DNA of 32,000 nt from Candidatus Electronema aureum. Its GTDB lineage: Bacteria; Desulfobacterota; Desulfobulbia; Desulfobulbales; Desulfobulbaceae. Positions 30,460 to 32,000 of the stretch are shown in pieces. Every line of letters begins with the position of its first letter. Within the stretch, counting starts at the first letter, position 1. The translations under genes were made by a program, and so were the position numbers. The notes below the pieces were generated by a model that ran no database searches, was not told the origin of the DNA, and was given only the letters and a program-made list of their open reading frames with translations. The stretch lies in the NCBI GenBank assembly GCA_004284765.1, contig NQJD01000001.1, positions 60,001 to 92,000 on the forward strand. Direction: 5' to 3'.

Positions 30460-30480
30460 GAGAGCGATACCGTCTTCAAG

Positions 30481-30632
30481 AGTGTCTTTGCCTCGACTCC
30501 TCCTCCACGCAATGGTGCGTGGAACAGAGGCAAAGGCACTTGTTTCAACCCATTTACGAAAACACGCCTCTCAGCGTCTCTGTTCCGACTCCTCCTCCAC
30601 GCAATGGTGCGTGGAACAGGGGCAGAGACGCT
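30481..30632 (+). repeat. Two 60-nt hairpin units (14-nt arm, identical 32-nt core, 14-nt arm) with compensatory arm substitutions: candidate structured RNA / 3'UTR element
   Basis: Unit 1 is 30481..30540 and unit 2 is 30573..30632. The core GACTCCTCCTCCACGCAATGGTGCGTGGAACA is identical in both and contains the inner hairpin TCCACGCA-ATGG-TGCGTGGA. The outer arms differ in sequence but pair in both units. The only non-Watson-Crick pairs are G-U, and only when the plus strand is read as RNA. Confidence 0.7.
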
Positions 30633-30641
30633 GTCTTTTTT
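30573..30641 (+). terminator. Intrinsic terminator formed by hairpin unit 2 plus a U-tract
   Basis: A 14-bp outer stem is followed directly by GTCTTTTTT (30633..30641). It lies between convergent genes. Confidence 0.6.
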
Positions 30642-30649
30642 AGATGAAA

Positions 30650-32000
30650 TCAGCTGTAAAACGCCGCCCGCAGCAACTGCTGGGTGTAGTCGTGCTTGGG
30701 TTGGGTGAAAATCCGATCTGCCGGGCCTTGCTCGACGATTCTCCCTTGGCGCATGACTGCCAATTCATCCGCTAAAGACCGCAGCACTCGTAGGTCGTGG
30801 GTGATGAAGACATACGTCAGGCCGTGCCTCCGCTGTAAACTCCGCAATAACGTAATAATCTGTGCTTGAATAGTCACGTCCAAGGCCGAGGTGGGTTCAT
30901 CAAGGATCAGCAGCTCTGGCTTGAGGATTAAGGCGCGAGCAATGGCGATGCGCTGTCGCTGACCACCTGAGAACTCATGCGGAAAGCGGCCTGCCATCTC
31001 CGGGGTTAGCTCCACTTCTAAGAGTGCCTGCTCAACCAGCACCTGCCGTTCCTTTCGACTAAGACTTGGCTCATGCACTTGCAAGCCTTCACCGATGATC
31101 TGCTCTACCGTGAGGCGTGGCGAGAGCGAAGAAAAGGGGTCTTGAAAGACGATCTGCATGTGGCGGCGCAGAGGTCGCAACTGGCGGCTACTGAGCTGAG
31201 AAAGCAGTATTTCTCGGTCATCGCGACTATAGCGAATCGTCCCTTGAAAGGTAGTCAAGCCGAGCAAGCAAAGGGCAAGTGTACTCTTGCCAGAACCAGA
31301 CTCACCGATGATACCCAGCGTAGTGCCTTGGTGGATAGTGAGGTTGATATCATCCACCGCTTTCAGCAGTGTACTGTTCCGCTTAAGCACCCCCTGCCAC
31401 GACTTCTTCACCGTAAAGACACAGTTCAACCTCTCTATGCTGATCAGTGCCTTACCACCTACCGCTGGTGTCTTGCTGTCCTGTGGCACTGACTCCAGCA
31501 GCTTATGGGTGTAGTCCTGCGTGGGGGCACTGAAAATCTCCTCTGCTGGGCCTTGCTCAACAATCCTTCCCCTGTGCATGATCGACACCGTATCTGCTGC
31601 CTTCCGCACCAAAGGTAGGTCGTGAGTGATGAGCAGCACGGCCATCTTGAATTCCTGCTGCACATCCTGAATCAACTCCAATATCTGCGCCTGGAGAGTT
31701 ACATCCAAGGCAGTCGTCGGCTCGTCGGCAATTAACAGATGAGGACGACAGGCTAAGGCCATCGCAATCATCACCCGCTGGCGTTGGCCACCGGAAAGCT
31801 GGTGCGGATACGCGTTGATTCTGCTCTCCGGCTCCTGAATACCGGTGCGTGCCAACAGACTGATAGCCTCCTGCCTTGCTTCTTCCTTAGACATCTGCCG
31901 ATGAAGCACCAGCGGCTCTACCAGCTGACTACCGATAGTCAGCACTGGATTGAGCGAGGTCATCGGCTCCTGAAAGATCATGGCTATCTCATTGCCGCGT
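30650..32000 (-). CDS. Dual-domain ABC transporter ATP-binding protein (oligopeptide/dipeptide/nickel type, YejF/GsiA-like); the 5' end is beyond the right window edge
   Basis: The frame stays open upstream of the track's Met (31982..32000 translates [18 protein letters not shown], the usual internal motif). Domain 1 has [15 protein letters not shown] and [12 protein letters not shown]. Domain 2 has the Walker [25 protein letters not shown] and [12 protein letters not shown]. Confidence 0.9.
   Translation of the reverse strand, partial: RGNEIAMIFQEPMTSLNPVLTIGSQLVEPLVLHRQMSKEEARQEAISLLARTGIQEPESRINAYPHQLSGGQRQRVMIAMALACRPHLLIADEPTTALDVTLQAQILELIQDVQQEFKMAVLLITHDLPLVRKAADTVSIMHRGRIVEQGPAEEIFSAPTQDYTHKLLESVPQDSKTPAVGGKALISIERLNCVFTVKKSWQGVLKRNSTLLKAVDDINLTIHQGTTLGIIGESGSGKSTLALCLLGLTTFQGTIRYSRDDREILLSQLSSRQLRPLRRHMQIVFQDPFSSLSPRLTVEQIIGEGLQVHEPSLSRKERQVLVEQALLEVELTPEMAGRFPHEFSGGQRQRIAIARALILKPELLILDEPTSALDVTIQAQIITLLRSLQRRHGLTYVFITHDLRVLRSLADELAVMRQGRIVEQGPADRIFTQPKHDYTQQLLRAAFYS

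Overview
The window looks like chromosomal DNA from an anaerobic, Wood-Ljungdahl-pathway bacterium. A Desulfobacterota-like origin is an inference from gene content only. Almost all genes are on the minus strand. From left to right the window contains five parts. (1) The cell-shape cluster mreB-mreC-mreD-mrdA; mrdA is absent from the ORF track because it runs off the left edge. (2) An accessory island at about 4.1-12.0 kb. It holds an EndoQ-like PHP nuclease fused to a UvrD helicase, a tightly coupled trio (small coiled-coil protein, stand-alone vWA protein, short divergent PurA-family enzyme), and a divergently transcribed LRR-Roc-COR GTPase. The divergent intergenic region carries five 18-bp palindromes at an exact 23-bp period plus a 28-bp perfect palindrome. 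(3) A cobalamin module: a HAD hydrolase translationally coupled to a CobD-CobQ fusion. (4) A carbonyl-branch Wood-Ljungdahl cluster: folD, cooS/acsA, a metF-acsD fusion with an Ala/Lys/Glu-rich linker, acsB and acsC. This cluster is interrupted by segments that look AT-rich by eye, carrying a ParA-like ATPase, a ParE-like toxin-antitoxin pair, small membrane proteins, a YoeB module with a chimeric antitoxin, and a decayed HEPN-MNT module. (5) A TPR lipoprotein, a small secreted Cys-rich protein preceded by four GTTCAT repeats at 11-bp phasing, a tandem covarying hairpin element, and a partial dual-domain ABC ATPase. The best candidate for an undescribed system is the coiled-coil/vWA/PurA-like cassette, possibly working with the adjacent EndoQ-UvrD gene. 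All calls come from reading the sequence and motif recognition; no database search was run.
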